DNA of 64,000 nt from a virus (IMGVR_UViG_2883497546_000001:1-64000); one strand, 5' to 3'. Positions 40,301 to 50,569 are shown, numbered from the stretch's first letter. Notes: a model not told the origin generated them from the letters alone. Made by a program: numbers and translations.

Positions 40301-40859
40301 ATTTCGTGAAATCCAGCGCCAGCTCGATGCAGCCATCGGTGCCACGCGGAATCACGGGCAGCCTGGCTACGCCCCTCTCATCGCTGCCACCGTGCTTCAG
40401 GGCAAGGCCGAGAAAGGTTATTGCCTCGATGCCACTCTCGTAGCCTGCCGCGTGCTCCATCGTTGTATGGTGGACATGGAGGCCCTCCTCGAGCTCAAGA
40501 AGAAGCGCATCGTCCGCTTCCTCCCGCGGGATGGCAGTACAGGAGCGATCGCGCTTTCTCCCCACGTGAGCTACTCACCCATGATGCTGGACCGCACTGC
40601 CACCCAGCTTTTCAGTTGCTCGCCCAATGCCCGGCGTATCCGCACCGGCCTGCAAATCGCTACCCTCAAGACCTTTTGGGACATGGCCTCCCGCAACCGC
40701 GCACGACGCCTCATCTCCCTCTTGGACAAGGCGGGAAAAGCGAGGGCGGCACAGCGTGCCCTGGCATCGCGCAAGCAAAAGAACGCCGCAACTGCCAGTC
40801 GAAAGGCAAAAAAGTCTGTCAAGAAGCGCGCGAAACGCTCAACCCCTGCGGTCGCATGA
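37311..40859 (+). CDS. Large hypothetical protein with HExxH motif
   Basis: 1182-aa ORF; FFHEGFH followed by a downstream E (LSEIFVH); basic C-terminal tail. Confidence 0.7.
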   Translation: MTHENQESQSTLRYHDFVLLMASLDAEWSRHTAQPQKAFEKTFTSFQNYCGSFRDSGHKNFKKWRTRSSPSESMDEYLYNPTNWLPLGHPDALCLTLGDDLDAVQAVIETYKKTVEEVSVGFCPITRSLIPPGVSRRHLKHFVEPNELFGKPKPAQPPLLFLARLKMQGVLSLGRALLAQQSLFGLICKRIDAALHTLRKADDQGLYSRSDLNSLRLTFLDLLEEEEIGILFLCSNYSVPMSIVSHLQSLTFADLLEHDPRLVQILESSSHYKKLKEFHQTLQEENSATPPSSPSSASAAGLCEGMSGAHLLRWTRSTVAISWDYFRSVLDPTARTRKSSMSINGFVSSLTDIGHPPGHQADMEKHLRNGLSNGLKKSVPTGRSLPGPRSPDPSLKCRLHLVGATDYLLQLSDCGQTPRKARTGKMGSAYRTSLNKVKPHTMTSENVALRGPDSLVHISLLVQMWAGVLDSISQLDKPSGFSGRHVSSWATRLMVPVPICAHQDMEDWFHPTVPAGHTALVKEVLAVARDVLFPEKDDDARFTFSAGGLRNHTRALGIPVATRRALINLLENFFSILSNPLLFDVVLDYYDVLATLYRILTQERPEDSEWPPQHDYSRRLPTEGGVEPIHAMLESLSSALSLRQRRLYPETPLRDWSLDFRTNFIQIILSAEAALKASAGILRKVVRGDEHGRDTLGVVHHVTFEEGIRAISCDFIMETAGTGPSLAIFASDMAHLTHVPGYADFFHEGFHLIYNDMVRQQIRDTIALQVKDGLRPALNEESFSDLDTQLSEIFVHLMMHLFVFDGDWRLALRQHAISFSTSMASAFNNPADVRTSFLNNFGPISVASLVTNAASTRAKPGHIGMQSLGDHDWPVLSSAHGFFENVIDILRPVLTDHVWIFDSVDAPENGPAMKGSDRVIRGFMKRYADNLGFLQILWERAIFVYQMFVARVLQETGDHKHLGVKPPPDHAGAYDGLTYPPSCKRPCRDLKAADFKAFREIQRQLDAAIGATRNHGQPGYAPLIAATVLQGKAEKGYCLDATLVACRVLHRCMVDMEALLELKKKRIVRFLPRDGSTGAIALSPHVSYSPMMLDRTATQLFSCSPNARRIRTGLQIATLKTFWDMASRNRARRLISLLDKAGKARAAQRALASRKQKNAATASRKAKKSVKKRAKRSTPAVA

Positions 40860-40863
40860 CCCC

Positions 40864-41757
40864 TCACCCCATCCGCAGCCTCCGTATCTGCTCCGCCACC
40901 ATCGCCTGTCGCTCCGGCCCATTCGCCCCGTGATAGTCATTATACAGCGGATTCGACTTGTTCGTCTGGATGTCATCCGCCTGCTGCCCTCGCGTCAATC
41001 GTAGCGCCCCACTGCCACCCGTCTCCTGGCGATCCTCGCTCACCAGCGAGGCCATCGCGTGCAGCGCTCGAATCATCGCCGGATTATCTCCAATCGCCGG
41101 ATCATTCACATCCAGCCGCGCCATCGCCGCCACCCGCTGCGCCCCTTGCAGGTTCGTCTCATACCGCTCACCCCATTCACGCTGCAGACCCTGCACCAGC
41201 GCCTCCCGACCGCTCGCCGCCTCCTGCTGATACTGCGAAAGCGCCCCCATCTGCTGTCCATTCCACCACTCCACCAGCTCCTGCGCCGCTGCCGCCGGGA
41301 TGTGATGCTTGTGCGCCACCGCAGAAAAACCGCGCACCATCTCCTCATTCCACAGCTCCGCCGGCACATTCTCCGGCCGGGCAATCCCATACCCATCCGG
41401 CCTCTCCGGCACCCCCAGATTCTTCCGCCACGCCGCCACCTCCTCCGGCCTCGCCTCCGCACCCGGCGGCTGCATCCGCTGCCCCAGCTTCTTCTCCAGC
41501 TCCCCGTACGACTTCAGCACATCCTGAATCGGCGTCCCCTCAAACTTCCTTATCGATCCCGCATAAGGCCGCAAATCCTCCGACAACCTCCCCGAAAGCC
41601 CCGGCGCAAACTTCCCATCCACCAGCCATTCGCCGCCACCAGCAGCACCGCCACCATTGCCAGCACCGCCACCATTGCCAGCACCACCACCGGCCATCCC
41701 ACCCTGGTTCGCATACCCCTGCTGCGTCTCCACACTTCCGTTCACGTCTTCAGTCAT
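40864..41757 (-). CDS. Head scaffolding protein
   Basis: LKSYGELEKKLG, LGVPERPDGY, LQREWGERYE.NL..A; located between portal and capsid. Confidence 0.85.
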   Translation of the reverse strand: MTEDVNGSVETQQGYANQGGMAGGGAGNGGGAGNGGGAAGGGEWLVDGKFAPGLSGRLSEDLRPYAGSIRKFEGTPIQDVLKSYGELEKKLGQRMQPPGAEARPEEVAAWRKNLGVPERPDGYGIARPENVPAELWNEEMVRGFSAVAHKHHIPAAAAQELVEWWNGQQMGALSQYQQEAASGREALVQGLQREWGERYETNLQGAQRVAAMARLDVNDPAIGDNPAMIRALHAMASLVSEDRQETGGSGALRLTRGQQADDIQTNKSNPLYNDYHGANGPERQAMVAEQIRRLRMG

Positions 41758-41885
41758 ATCAATATCGCTCTTTCGTTATTTGGTTTGTGATTAAACAATC
41801 AGTGCCGCCATTCATAGCCTCTGAAACAAGGCCCCTCACGTGTCCTATAGGACCCAGTGATGAAAATCATTCGCTTGGAAGTTCA

Positions 41886-41960
41886 GTCGCGGAGCGACGG
41901 CCGTGTCCTAGCCCGGCCTTTCAAGGCCGGATATGCAAGTGAGGATTCGCGTCGCAGAGC
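41886..41960. repeat. REP-like family 2 (GTCGCGGAGCGACGGCCGT..TAGCCCG.CCTTTCAAGGCCGG)
   Basis: Copies at ~48442-48525 and 49491-49540. Confidence 0.75.
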
Positions 41961-42383
41961 GCCGCTCGAATCGCCGAACCTTGCTGAGTTCAGGGACCCA
42001 AGTGTCGTCCCACTCGCACCGAGCCTCGGTCTGTCACCCCACTCACCAAAACACTCGGTGGGGAGCCGCTGCGCCGGCTTCCAAACTAGGTGGGCGGAGG
42101 AGGTGTGGAACGCACGTAGAGCAAGCCGCCTGCACCTCCAAACTTCACCTGATGCCCTCTCAGCACCCACCACACCCCCTAGACCTTCTCACGGCCAACC
42201 TTCAAAAGCTAGTGCCTATTAGTGTCCATTAGTGGTTCCCCAATCAAACCACCTCCTCGTCCCTTGAGGCACCTATTCAACTTCATCCTCAGTCTCAGTC
42301 TCAGTCTCCGAAGTTCCTCTGTGTCTCTGTGTTGAATCCCATATAGGTGAACACACCCATTTCCCCCCTGCCACCAGCCCCCT

Positions 42384-42776
42384 TCACCCCATAATCACCC
42401 TCGGCTTCACCACCACCACCTCATCATCTTCATCCTCAAAATCCGACACCGGCCCACCATCCTCACCCACAGCTCCCCTCACGCCACATCGCCCCACCAT
42501 CATCACACCCTCATCCACCTCCGGACAAACCCGGTTCCCATACCTCCGCTTAAACTCCTCCGGCTGATATTCCCTATACCACGCCATCACCTCCGGCGTC
42601 TTATCACCCTTCGCCGGATCCGTCGGAAAAGGGCAGGGGACCACACTCACCAAAGCCACCTCCTCACCATCCTCCACAGCCGCCTTACCCTTCACCACAG
42701 CCGAACGCGCCGTCACCTTCGCCACGCGCCTGGTACTCTTCACAGCCTCCTTCTTCTTCTTCATAACCTCAACCAC
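42384..42776 (-). CDS. Phage head-region hypothetical protein
   Basis: P.DPAKGDKTPEVMAWYREY.PEEFKRRYG; codon usage like neighbouring virion genes. Confidence 0.65.
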   Translation of the reverse strand: MVEVMKKKKEAVKSTRRVAKVTARSAVVKGKAAVEDGEEVALVSVVPCPFPTDPAKGDKTPEVMAWYREYQPEEFKRRYGNRVCPEVDEGVMMVGRCGVRGAVGEDGGPVSDFEDEDDEVVVVKPRVIMG

Positions 42777-42922
42777 CTCCCAACATCACAGATCCACCCC
42801 ATCACCACTCCCTCAAAAATCCTCCGTGCCTTCGCGTCTCCGTGTCTCCGTGTCTCCGTGTCTCCGTGTTGAATCCCACGATCTCAAACACACCCAGCCG
42901 CTCACCGCTCACCGCTCACCGC

Positions 42923-43297
42923 TCACACCCCCACCACCACCGGCGCCGCCTCCATCTTCCCCTTAGACTTCGCCGATTCAACCCGCTCCAGCACATACCG
43001 CACCACCGCCGCCGACCCATCAAAGTGAATCCCCCCAATCAGCGCCGCCACCGCATTCGCCCTCGTCGCCACCGCATCAAACCTTGGCCTCTCACACGGA
43101 AAATGCGCACACAAATCCGCCAGCACCCGCTGCCCCTCCTTGGATCCAAACACCCGCGCATACATCTTCCCCAGCTCCCACTCCTCCTCCTGCCTCCTCC
43201 TCAGCCCCTCCGCCGCCATCTCCGCCTGCCCCAAAACCGGTGTACCATCATTCATCATAAAATATCTCCCAAAGAGAGTTTCACTCATCACGCCCAT
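42923..43297 (-). CDS. Bbp19-like protein
   Basis: YARVFGSKEGQRVLADL, directly after portal. Confidence 0.75.
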   Translation of the reverse strand: MGVMSETLFGRYFMMNDGTPVLGQAEMAAEGLRRRQEEEWELGKMYARVFGSKEGQRVLADLCAHFPCERPRFDAVATRANAVAALIGGIHFDGSAAVVRYVLERVESAKSKGKMEAAPVVVGV

Positions 43298-43314
43298 CTC
43301 AGTCCCTCAACAAT

Positions 43315-43388
<74 letters not shown>

Positions 43389-43517
43389 CCTTCCCTCAGT
43401 CTCCGAAGTTCCTCTGCGTCTCTGTGTCTCTGTGTTGAACCCACTGCACCCTACCACACCCATCACCCCTCCTCATTAGTGTCCCGTTAGTGCCCATGAG
43501 TGGTTCTCCAATCAAAC

Positions 43518-43879
43518 CATCGTCCTACCGCTTACCGTCCCACCGCTTACCGTCCCACCGCTCACCGTCCCACCGCTCACCGTCCCACCGCTCACCGTCC
43601 CACCGCTCACCGTCCCACCGCTCACCGTCCCACCGCTTACCGTCCCACCGCTTACCGTCCCACCGCTCACCGTCCCACCGCTCACCGTCCCACCGCTCAC
43701 CGTCCCACCGCTCACCGTCCCACCGCTCACCGTCCTACCGCTCACCGTCCCACCGCTTACCGTCCCACCGCTTACCGTCCCACCGCTCACCGTCCTACCG
43801 CTCACCGTCCTACCGCTCACCGTCCCACCGCTTACCGTCCCACCGCTCACCGCTCACCGCTCACCGCTCACCGCTCACC
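43518..43879. repeat. 15-mer tandem repeat (CGTCCCACCGCTYAC)x~22 + (CACCGCT)x4 overlapping the portal stop
   Basis: Directly read; no spacers. Confidence 0.95.
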
Positions 43880-45568
43880 GAGCAGCCCCATCATCGGCGA
43901 ATCCTTCGGAATCTTCCCCGCATTCGCCGCCGCCCGGCTCATCTGTTCCACCGCATCCGCCTGCTGCGCCTGTTGTTGCGCCTGCGCCCGCGCCGCACGC
44001 ATCGCCGCCACCTCATCCGGGTCCCGATTATACTCCGGCGGCAACCCTCGATTCCGCGCACTCCCGCGGATCATCTCATCCAGGTTGAAGTTATCCATCA
44101 CATCCGGCGCCATCTGCGCGATCGACCCCACAAGGCTCAGCACACTTCCCACCGCCGTATTATCCGCCTCCTTCAGCGCCAGCGCGATTCTTGAAGAAAA
44201 CAGCACCTGCGGCTCCGGAATAAACAAATTCCCACGCCCATCGCTGCTGATCATCTCCCTCGGCGGCGACGGCAAAATCCCCCGACGCAGCAGAATCCGG
44301 AAGAAGCGCATCAGCTGCGCCGTCAGCCACTCCGTCACCAGCAGCGTATACGTCGCCGCAAACTGCCGCGCCTGCTCACCCACACGCGCCCGCACCTCCT
44401 CCGCCGTGATGTTCGCCCGCTCCATCCGCGAAATTGCCAGCCACATATTCACCTGGAAGAACGCCTCAATCTGGCTCCGCTTCTGGTCCGCCCGCTGCAC
44501 CCCCAGACCATAGTCACCCTCCATCCCCCACGCCTGCGGCCGCGCCGCATCCCCCGTCGCCGGGTCGAACCACGTGATCCCACCCGCGCGATAATCAATA
44601 TCCCCCTTGAACCCCGTCGGAATCAGCAACGGCGGATTCGCCTTCTTCTCCGCCAGCACATCCAGGCACTTCTGCAGCAGGTTCAGCTGGCGCATATCCG
44701 GCAGCGCCATGAACGCCGGCGAATATCCATACGGCGCCGTCTCCTCATTCCCCTCCCACGTACTCCAGCGGGACACACTGAAAGGCATCTCATCATACCC
44801 CGCCACCCGCAGCGGCTGCTTCGCATCCTTCTCCATCCACACCGAGGCAAAAGGCTTGTTCACCCCGTCCATCTTCCCAATGATACGCTCCGCCTCCGCA
44901 CGCGGATAAATGCAGTGCAGCACCGTGAATTGCGTATCCTGCTTCCCACGCCCCGCGTCAAAGCACTCCCGCACCTTCGCGCTCACCGTCTCCCGGCCAA
45001 ACTTCTCCACCAGCTGCCGCGCCGTGAAGCGTTTCTCAAAATCCAGCGAATCCACCACACCATCCGCATTCTCCGCCATCGTATACGAGCCAATGCGATG
45101 ATGCCGGAACACCACCGGCACATTCGGGTCCGCATCACTCTCCTCCGAGTACAGGCACGCCGTCCCGAAGCACGTCCGGTCACTCACAAACTCATAAGAC
45201 TGCGGATAAAACTTCGACGCACTCAGATGCAGCCTCGCCAGTCTCGTCGCCTGCTGACACCACTGCTGCACCCGGAAATCACCCGCCAGCCCCGGAGGCG
45301 GATCAAACGAGAACCACACCTGGTCATGCGGGATGATATCTGAGGTCTGCCCTCTGACCGCCACATCCAGCGCATAGTATCCACTCCCATCATAGATCTG
45401 CGCCTCCTTCTGCCCGTCCGGCAGATGACTGCTGTTCGTGATGCTCGCCTTCCGCGGACAGAAATAATCCGCAATCATCTGCCACTGCGCATCCCACGGC
45501 GCCCGCGCACTCTTCCGCGCCTCATACGTCGCCACACACTCCTCCACAATCTCCTTCTCGCTTCTCAT
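43868..45568 (-). CDS. Portal / head-tail connector (T7 gp8-like)
   Basis: W.AQWQMIADYF.P, CFGTACLY, GYDEMPF.V.RW, YGYSPA..ALPD..QLN, ITAEEV..R..E; 566 aa. Confidence 0.92.
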   Translation of the reverse strand: MRSEKEIVEECVATYEARKSARAPWDAQWQMIADYFCPRKASITNSSHLPDGQKEAQIYDGSGYYALDVAVRGQTSDIIPHDQVWFSFDPPPGLAGDFRVQQWCQQATRLARLHLSASKFYPQSYEFVSDRTCFGTACLYSEESDADPNVPVVFRHHRIGSYTMAENADGVVDSLDFEKRFTARQLVEKFGRETVSAKVRECFDAGRGKQDTQFTVLHCIYPRAEAERIIGKMDGVNKPFASVWMEKDAKQPLRVAGYDEMPFSVSRWSTWEGNEETAPYGYSPAFMALPDMRQLNLLQKCLDVLAEKKANPPLLIPTGFKGDIDYRAGGITWFDPATGDAARPQAWGMEGDYGLGVQRADQKRSQIEAFFQVNMWLAISRMERANITAEEVRARVGEQARQFAATYTLLVTEWLTAQLMRFFRILLRRGILPSPPREMISSDGRGNLFIPEPQVLFSSRIALALKEADNTAVGSVLSLVGSIAQMAPDVMDNFNLDEMIRGSARNRGLPPEYNRDPDEVAAMRAARAQAQQQAQQADAVEQMSRAAANAGKIPKDSPMMGLLGER

Positions 45569-46184
45569 CAGATAAAAAAGATAAGGTTACAGCATCACCA
45601 CCACTCACCCTCCGCCATCACTCCATCACTCCATCATCGGCATCCGTGCACCAGCTCCACACCATCCGCCTTCGCGGTTCTCCCCATTTTGCACTTTGCA
45701 CCTTTCATCTCTCACTTGGCATTCCCTCCAAAGAAGCCTCGCAAGTCAGCAGGATATCGTCCGATAATAACTTCTCCTCGTACACCACCACCCCCACCGT
45801 CATTCATACTCTGAGGCAGCCCACCATTCCCGGTGCTCATTTGATTCGCAAAAATGAAGCCGCGCAGCACTTAAGCTGGGGGCTTACATAGAGCATACTC
45901 ACTCAACTCACTAAGTCGCTATGCGTCTTGGAGTGCGGTGGCAAAGGCCTCCCTTGAGGCCGCGACACCGCTTTGAACGAAGCGTTTCTGTCCTGATATT
46001 CCCAGAAGAATCTCGCATACGCCCTCTCGCATCACCCCACCGAACCCAACACCCGATTCCAGCATTTCAGCTCCACACCACCCACCTTTCAGCCCTCTCT
46101 CCATTTTGCACTTTGCATCTTTCATCTCTCACTTTGCATTCCGGTTCCCACCTCGCCTTCACTTCAGCCCGCACCTTCCGCTCC

Positions 46185-46252
46185 CACGCCTCACGCCTCA
46201 CGCCTCACGCCTCACGCCTCACGCCTCACGCCTCACGCCTCACGCCTCACGC
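46185..46252. repeat. Heptamer repeat (CACGCCT)x~9
   Basis: Directly read. Confidence 0.95.
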
Positions 46253-46258
46253 ATTCGT

Positions 46259-46365
46259 GCCCTGAAGGGGCACAGGAGCCCAGCCCAGGGTTAGGGAGCC
46301 TAAGCGACCGACACCCTGGGTGATCGAGTAAAAGAAGCTCGACCCTGAAGGGGTCGCAGAGCCGT
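46259..46365. repeat. REP-like family 3 (CCCTGAAGGG...CCCAGGGTTAGGGAGC..AGCGACCGACACCCTGGG...CCCTGAAGGG)
   Basis: Related copies at ~48690-48800 and 53800-53900. Confidence 0.75.
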
Positions 46366-46417
46366 CGAAATCACCGCGGACACTCCACTCCGAATACATA
46401 TAACCACCGCTTACCGC

Positions 46418-46819
46418 TTACTGTCCACCCCCACCCAAAAGCGTCCCACCCCCCAGCACCTTCTCACTCCCCTGAGACGCATACGCATTTGTATACCCAG
46501 ACCCCCATCCATACCCGCCCGTCTCACCCGCCAGCACCGTCTTCCTCAGACCCTTCCGGCGATTCAAATCCCGCCTCGTCTGCTCATCCGCCTGCGCCAC
46601 CTCCGCACTCGTCGCCGTCGGGGGTGGGGGAGCCGGCGGTGGCGGAGCCGGGGTCGGCGGAATGTGAATCTTCGGCATCTTCGGGAACTTGATGGGCTCC
46701 TGCTTCGGAGCCGGAGGCGGAGCCTGACTCCTGCCACCCCCGAAGTTGAACCGCGTCAGCCTCCCACCCGGCTGTGCCTTCGCATAGTTCGTATAGTCGT
46801 ATCCGTCGATCATTCTCAT
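46418..46819 (-). CDS. Small Pro-rich pre-portal virion protein (gp7.3-like position)
   Basis: Pro-rich; RRKGLRKTVLAG...TLLG. Confidence 0.65.
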   Translation of the reverse strand: MRMIDGYDYTNYAKAQPGGRLTRFNFGGGRSQAPPPAPKQEPIKFPKMPKIHIPPTPAPPPPAPPPPTATSAEVAQADEQTRRDLNRRKGLRKTVLAGETGGYGWGSGYTNAYASQGSEKVLGGGTLLGGGGQ

Positions 46820-46844
46820 AAGCCTGCTCTGCTCTACTCCCTGG

Positions 46845-47315
46845 TTATCCTCCTAAAATCGTATCGCTCCCATACGGCTGCCCAAACGAGCGACCTCCAC
46901 CCGACAGCAGCGTCCTCTTCTTCTTCAATCCCCCTGCGGTCCCCGCAGTACTCGCAGCCTGCGGCGGCGCTTGCGTGTACCCCGCTGCCGCCGTCGCCGC
47001 CCCTGAAGCGCCGCTGCCACCACCACCACCGATGCTTGCAGATTGTGTTTTCTGTCCCGACACCGCCGCCTTGGGCTTCGCCCCATACGGCCCGTCACCA
47101 TACCCCACCTTGAAGTCCAGCTCCTTGGTCTTGTTCCCAGTGTTGGACTGATGTATCGCCAGCGCCATCATCCGGACAAAGTCCGGTTGATTCTGGATCC
47201 GCTTCGGTTCCCCTGGAATCGTCTTCGGCACCTTCGCGCCACCGCCATGATTCAGCCTGTCGAGCCTGCCATCCGGCCGGAAAGAAGGCATGGTAATAAA
47301 GCCATCAACATTCAT
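46845..47315 (-). CDS. Small pre-portal virion protein, first gene of the head operon
   Basis: GLKKKRTLLSGG...TILGG resembles the downstream gene; start MNVDG. Confidence 0.6.
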   Translation of the reverse strand: MNVDGFITMPSFRPDGRLDRLNHGGGAKVPKTIPGEPKRIQNQPDFVRMMALAIHQSNTGNKTKELDFKVGYGDGPYGAKPKAAVSGQKTQSASIGGGGGSGASGAATAAAGYTQAPPQAASTAGTAGGLKKKRTLLSGGGRSFGQPYGSDTILGG

Positions 47316-47328
47316 ACACCGTCCACAA

Positions 47329-47344
47329 TGTACTTTCTGGTACC
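47329..47344 (-). promoter_or_regulatory. Virion-regulon motif copy (GGTACCAGAAAGTACA)
   Basis: Identical 16-mer to 6548-6563; 29 nt upstream of the ATG at 47315. Confidence 0.65.
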
Positions 47345-47509
47345 CGCCCATTCTAAGCCCCTCCCATCCCATGTCCAATAAAATCTTCTACACCGCATCC
47401 CGACACAACCCCTCAGCTTCCTCCACTTTGCATTTTTCACCTTCCATTTTTCATTTTGCATTCATCGCACAACACTCCACTCAGCCCGACCAAACCAAGA
47501 ACAAGAACC

Positions 47510-47821
47510 TCATAACTCCTTCCTCACCGGAACCATCACATCCCACCACCATCCCTCATACCCACGCATCACCCCCTTCGCAAAATCCTTCCCCGCCAGC
47601 CAGTCATACGGCGCGCGAAACGTCTTCACCCAACCCTCCGGCCTCGCCCCTCGCTTCGCATACGCCATCGAAAGCGGCCACCCCGTCGTCACACAGATCG
47701 ACACCGGCGGCACAATGATCAAATACGCCATCACCACCAGCACCCCGAGCCACACCCATTTCTTGAGGCTCGACGACTCATACGGATCCTTCATCCACGC
47801 TTCCGGCTTGTTCTTCTTCAT
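47510..47821 (-). CDS. Small membrane protein, family W (1)
   Basis: TM helix with Y.....P, followed by W...F.AP..WL...Y..WW. Confidence 0.65.
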   Translation of the reverse strand: MKKNKPEAWMKDPYESSSLKKWVWLGVLVVMAYLIIVPPVSICVTTGWPLSMAYAKRGARPEGWVKTFRAPYDWLAGKDFAKGVMRGYEGWWWDVMVPVRKEL

Positions 47822-48622
47822 ACAGGTCTCAAATCTGGGTGTCGCACCGACCAAAAGCAACTCCCACACCCATCTATCTGCATCCTGCTTTATCTCACCT
47901 CCGAAAAACGTCTCGTGGGCCACGCCGCACCCAGGGCAACAAAGCACCTCGCCACACCCACCTCGCGCGCAGCACCTTGGAGTGCGTGCTCCCGCCTCGC
48001 ACATGAGCGTCAATTCAAGAAAACCGTACTTGGGTGAACAGGGAACCAGTGCACGGCCCATCAACTCAACGTACCAGTTCGCTATGCGTCTTGGAGTGCG
48101 GTGGCACAGGCCTCCCTTGGGGCCGCGACACCGCTTTGAACGAAGGGAAGTGGCCCGGATGTCGGAGAACTTCGGCGGAATCCAGCATCCAAGTTTCCCC
48201 GGGGGACTGTGTCCTGGAAATTAGATCATGATTTCGATCCATCATGCTCATGCTCTCCGTTCAAAGCGATATCGCATCTCGCGGGCCGGGACTTGCCGCA
48301 CGCAGTCCACGACGCGGATGTCCGATGCCCGATGTCGGAGGAGTGTGGCACCACAAGACCTCCGCACAACATGCATACCAGATTCAGGTGAGACATCACA
48401 AGGCGTGCCCTCCCCACAACGATGGCACTGACAAGATCCTCAGTCGCGGAGCGACGGCCGTATCTTAGCCCGCCTTTCAAGGCCGGGTAAAGCCCCAATC
48501 ACACCAGCGTCGCGGAGCGACACCCGAACCACGACCTCCCCCTCGATCCGCCAGCTTGGCAACGCTTCAAGCAAGCGGTTGATTCCACGTTTCAATTGAG
48601 TGACCATGAAATCTAGTATCTA

Positions 48623-48878
48623 TTGAGGCTTGCGAAATAGACCGACAATTCTCTGGTCTGTGATTTGGACTGAACTGCGAAGTTGCAGTCTGAAGGACTG
48701 CAGGACCCCGCGAAGAGAGACCAGGGTTAGGGAGCATCTAGCGACCGACACCCTGGGTGGATGTGGAAAAAAATTGTCGGACTCTGAAGGAGTCCAGGAG
48801 AGCGTCGCCAGATCCTTCCGGGCATTCCGCCAGATCGCAGAACATTCGAAACCTGTCAGTCTATCTCGCAAGCCTCAA
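48623..48878. mobile_element. MITE, 256 bp
   Basis: 25-bp TIRs TTGAGGCTTGCGAAATAGACCGACA / TTGAGGCTTGCGAGATAGACTGACA; partial copies at ~7375-7465 and 53755-53925. Confidence 0.8.
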
Positions 48879-48920
48879 GAATAGAAACGATCCCACCCAA
48901 AACCACAAAGAGCGAAACAC

Positions 48921-49307
48921 ATGAGTGCGGAAGAAGATCCCAGCTCCCCACCCATCACTATCTCCCAGGGGATTGCCACCTGGGTGGACCCAGAAACCGG
49001 TCAGGTGATGATGGGTACGGTCACTCCAGTGTTGGAGCACCTCTTCGATGACACCATGATCGAACTTCGCATTTCTTTTCCCAATGTTCCATCAGCAGCC
49101 GACGCCCAAAGACTGCGGAGCACATTGCCTGCACTGAAAGGACTCGCAGTACCCGATGCCTTGCAAGTTTTGGGTCAGTCCAAAGAATACCTCGTAGGGA
49201 TATTCCACAAGCGGCCCGGCCGTGAGCTGGCTGAAGCATTGCAAGCCCTCGGCTACCGGATCATCACGTCCATCTTGCCTTCGCCACCGCAATCCTCCCA
49301 AAGCTGA
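48921..49307 (+). CDS. Hypothetical protein
   Basis: 128-aa ORF with ATG between repeats. Confidence 0.55.
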   Translation: MSAEEDPSSPPITISQGIATWVDPETGQVMMGTVTPVLEHLFDDTMIELRISFPNVPSAADAQRLRSTLPALKGLAVPDALQVLGQSKEYLVGIFHKRPGRELAEALQALGYRIITSILPSPPQSSQS

Positions 49308-49901
49308 GCCTTTCGGCACACAGGTACCACCTTTCGCGCAGTGCTTTAGCGCTATTCGCCGCATGCCCGATGTCGGAGGAGTGCGGCACCACAAGACCCC
49401 ACATAGCATACCCACCAGATTCCGATGAGCGGTCACAGAGTGTGCATCCTCCACAGCGATGGCAATGGCGTTGGCACGGACAAGACACTCAGTCGCGAGC
49501 GACGGCCGTATCTTAGCCCTGCCTTTCAAAGCCGGGTAGTCATCAGACACCCGAACCCACCAGCGCATCCAGGAATCTCTGACTCCCTCAGCGCTCCACG
49601 ACCCACGGAAAATCGTGCACAGAGCGGAGTCGTCTCGTGAGCCACGCCGCGCCCCGGGCAACAAAACACCTCGCCACCTACCACCTTGCGCGCAGCGCCT
49701 TGGAGTGCGCGTGCGAAGCACCGCTTTGAACAGCGCCACATCACGCCCGCGTCAGCCCAGCGCATCCATACTCGCACATCCCGCCTTCGCAGGCCCCCCG
49801 GGCTTCCCAAATCACCCTCACCCTCACGCCCACGACAACAGTATTCCCCAACCACGTCTCATCCGCCTTCACCTCTCTCTCGCCCTCTCTCACCCAATCC
49901 G

Positions 49902-50165
49902 CTACATATTATACACCCGCTTCCAATACCAGGTGTCATACGCGCTTAATGGATCCTTCAACGGTGTGTGCAGTTGCAGGAAATACCACGGCCCCGAGTA
50001 CACTCGAAACCACGGCTTGGGCTGCACAAACGGCAGGCCCGCTCCCGTCAGATGCCCCACCACCGGCACACTCAGCACATACACCAACGGCACCGCCAGG
50101 ATGGAAAACACCCACCCCCACCCGTGGCCAGATTTCTCAGGCATCTTTTCAGAAGGTCCTTCCAT
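49902..50165 (-). CDS. Small membrane protein, family W (2)
   Basis: LVYVLSVP...PWFRVYSGPW....TPLKDPLSAYDTWYW. Confidence 0.7.
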   Translation of the reverse strand: MEGPSEKMPEKSGHGWGWVFSILAVPLVYVLSVPVVGHLTGAGLPFVQPKPWFRVYSGPWYFLQLHTPLKDPLSAYDTWYWKRVYNM

Positions 50166-50203
50166 GGTTCACTTCGCCTCCACTCCATTCATTTCACTTC
50201 ACT

Positions 50204-50569
50204 CTACCGCATCTCCTCCTTCATCAGCTTCTCAAACCTCCAATGGTAGTGCCATGTCCGGTAGCTCTCCAGCGGCTCATGCAGCGGTCGCACCCGCACC
50301 AGCCACTCCCACGGCTGCATATACAGATGCAGCCACCTCGGTCGCTTGTTGTACATCATCCCCCCCGGCGTACCCCCCATCCCACGGTACTCCACCATCG
50401 GCAAAGTCAGCACATACACCAACACCACACCCATCACCCCCAGCACCGCCCAAGTCATCCCCCTGCCTCCCGCGCCACGTTTACGCTCATGCTCATGCTC
50501 ATGCTCATGCTCATGCTCATGCTCATGCCCCTCCCGCGAGTCAGCATCTTCTTCCGCAGCATTCTTCAT
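50204..50569 (-). CDS. Small membrane protein, family W (3), with (HE)n tract
   Basis: LVYVLTLP...PRWLHLYMQPW....PLHEPLESYRTW; (GCTCAT)x7. Confidence 0.7.
   Translation of the reverse strand: MKNAAEEDADSREGHEHEHEHEHEHEHERKRGAGGRGMTWAVLGVMGVVLVYVLTLPMVEYRGMGGTPGGMMYNKRPRWLHLYMQPWEWLVRVRPLHEPLESYRTWHYHWRFEKLMKEEMR

Noticed and set aside
43518-43879. CRISPR array or real SGGTV/AHRPT-repeat proteins
   Set aside because: Contiguous 15-mer units with no spacers and no cas genes; the ORFs are by-products of a frame-preserving repeat
50486-50527. Metal-binding (HE)n tract
   Set aside because: Perfect hexamer microsatellite absent from paralogs; more likely slippage
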